Positions 63,591 to 64,000 of a stretch of 64,000 nt of DNA are shown here, piece after piece; positions within the stretch are counted from its first letter, which is position 1, and each line of letters opens with the position of its first letter. Made by a program: the position numbers and the translations under genes. The DNA lies in IMG/VR virus record IMGVR_UViG_3300020470_003428, positions 16,540 through 80,539 of that record. One strand, 5' to 3'. The notes below the pieces were generated by a model. The model saw only the letters and a list, made by a program, of their open reading frames with translations, was not told the origin of the DNA and searched no databases. Source of the stretch: a virus.

Positions 63591-63624
63591 CCCCAAACCG
63601 AGACCATGGGGATAAGTCTCTCAT
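63591..63624 (+). ncRNA. PhotoRC-II-like psbA leader motif
   Basis: CCCC/GGGG hairpin with GAGAC/GUCUC pseudoknot followed by UCAU, upstream of psbA. Confidence 0.7.
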
Positions 63625-63653
63625 CTTACAAGTTCAATCGTACTATTACTTAA

Positions 63654-64000
63654 ATGACTTCTTCTTCTTTAACAAGAAGTGGCAGTGTTTTGAAAGGATG
63701 GGACGAGTTCTGTGAGTGGACTACTTCTACTAGTAATCGTATTTACGTTGGTTGGTTTGGAGTCTTAATGATTCCATGTCTACTTACTGCAGCAACTTGT
63801 TTCATCATTGCTTTCATAGCTGCTCCTCCTGTCGATATTGACGGGATTCGTGAACCAGTAGCAGGTTCATTCTTATATGGAAACAACATCATCTCAGGAG
63901 CCGTTGTACCGTCATCTAACGCAATCGGTCTTCACTTCTACCCAATCTGGGAAGCTGCAACCCTCGACGAATGGCTCTATAACGGAGGACCATATCAACT
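63654..64000 (+). CDS. psbA: photosystem II D1 protein (5' part, runs off window)
   Basis: Own translation ...[14 protein letters not shown]...[17 protein letters not shown]...[10 protein letters not shown]. Confidence 0.97.
   Translation, partial: MTSSSLTRSGSVLKGWDEFCEWTTSTSNRIYVGWFGVLMIPCLLTAATCFIIAFIAAPPVDIDGIREPVAGSFLYGNNIISGAVVPSSNAIGLHFYPIWEAATLDEWLYNGGPYQ

Overview
A 64-kb gene-dense fragment of a marine cyanophage, probably infecting Prochlorococcus or Synechococcus. It carries psbA, hli, psbN-like, nblA-like and DUF4278 host-type genes. Its core genes look neither T4-like nor T7-like: a PriCT-2/VapE primase-helicase, a beta-clamp-like protein, two SSB-like proteins, TerL, a portal and a scaffold-like protein. 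Transcription diverges from a ~750-nt non-coding region at 43.3-44.07 kb. Leftward (minus strand) run small early genes and then DNA metabolism and replication genes; rightward (plus strand) run virion, packaging and psbA genes. Main signals: (1) A repeated element of a terminator-like hairpin plus TTTTCATC(A/G)GTAC, with 12 motif copies, sits directly in front of early-gene start codons and turns 40-43.3 kb into an array of mostly single-gene cassettes. (2) Next to it lie three long hairpins with GNA triloops and tandem G.A pairs, a DNA-type structure on the template strand of that array. (3) A variant glutamine-II (Downstream-peptide) riboswitch with an NtcA box precedes a DUF4278 gene. (4) A ~230-nt structured intergenic RNA candidate. 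(5) A C5 methyltransferase whose motif IX is in a nested alternative frame. (6) Several enzyme homologues lacking catalytic motifs. (7) A Hint-domain, DUF4214-containing Pro-rich protein. All family assignments come from motif recognition by eye; no searches or folding were run. No tRNA, rRNA or CRISPR array was seen.
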